A DNA stretch of 44,883 nt, the filler included, from Catajapyx aquilonaris (Eukaryota), in assembly GCA_000934665.2 (NCBI GenBank). It is 2 parts of 2 records of this genome, joined end to end, with 100 filler letters (N's around TTAATTAATTAA, not from the genome) between each part and the next. Parts side by side here need not be neighbours in the genome. Positions count along the whole stretch, not along the records: positions 22,492 to 44,883 come from JYFJ02005874.1; 1 more part is not named here. One strand, 5' to 3'. Each line of letters begins with the position of its first letter. Positions within the stretch are counted from its first letter, which is position 1. Shown here in pieces: positions 44,129-44,883 of this stretch. Position numbers and translations under genes: made by a program. The notes under the pieces are model-generated. The model did not search any database. It was not told the DNA's origin and saw nothing but the letters and a program-made list of their open reading frames with translations.

Positions 44129-44883
44129 CAAGTGGGGCCCCACGGGGAGGTGCCGAGCCCTAGCACCTCGCAAAGCGAATACACGCCTAAAGCAGCTAAC
44201 AAAATGAAACTTGTCTCATGAAAATTGAGCAATATTTGACAAAGTTATGTCTTTCTAATAGGGGTCATTCCATGTCAGTGGGGCCCCCTTTGTACCCTTG
44301 ATGTGGCGGATTTGAATGATATTCACAGGTTATGGTGACCTAGCGCTGCTAAAACATTGTACCAAAGCGTTTTGAAATATTTTGATTTTTACCCGTTTTT
44401 TGGGGGGTGGTAATTTTGAGCCTTTTCTTTGAGAGCCATTTTTCTTTTGGCTGTTTCTCCGCAACTAATCGTGAGACAGATGTGCTTTTGATATCAATTT
44501 ACTCAGAAAGGTTGATATAATCGTATTCTATGGTTAATTTTAAAATTGTAAATTTTTGCGTTAAAAAGATTGAAATTGCAAATTTTAAACATTTAATTTT
44601 TAAAATTATACCCCTTTATTTTTCGCTGGTTTTCACGTATGTTGTAGCCCTACATGTGAACTACATGTGGCCATATCAGTCCTGTTGGCTAGTATAATAC
44701 TAGGGAAGATTGGGCCTCTTAAGCAAGACCCCCTCCATATATGTCGTCATTATGATGGGTACACTCAACATGCAAATCGCCCCACGTTGCTCAGTGCAAA
44801 TGTTGATATTCAAGTTGGGATGATCACTGGTGAGAGTACGACACATGTAAGACTCCTTTGGTAGCCCACACCCCCCTCCCCAA

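Overview
Animal genomic DNA, most likely an arthropod (inferred from protein similarity, DRE/Motif-1-type promoter elements and CpG-poor gene bodies; the taxon cannot be fixed from sequence alone). The first ~17 kb is non-coding with scattered transposon remnants. On the minus strand lie the last three coding exons and ~2.1 kb 3'UTR of a ZER1 (zyg-11 family CRL2 substrate receptor) gene, whose upstream exons are missing beyond an artificial 100-bp gap linker (N44-TTAATTAATTAA-N44). A CpG-rich, probably bidirectional promoter follows, then 11 coding exons of a DDX5/DDX17 (p68/Dbp2/Rm62) DEAD-box helicase on the plus strand whose 3' end is unresolved. Introns carry tRNA-derived SINEs and several MITE families, including a nested mariner fold-back. 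The main unexplained signal is the 6.76-kb intron splitting helicase motif V, the position known for DBP2/DDX5 autoregulation. By eye it folds into a series of long, G-U-rich sense-strand hairpins that bury the splice sites of a candidate 36-nt in-frame microexon and a candidate PTC (poison) exon, suggesting a helicase-sensing splicing switch. Also notable are an in-frame upstream ATG adding a mitochondrial-presequence-like extension and a duplicated, pseudoknotted ~176-nt RNA candidate next to the promoter. All structures were paired by hand, not computed.
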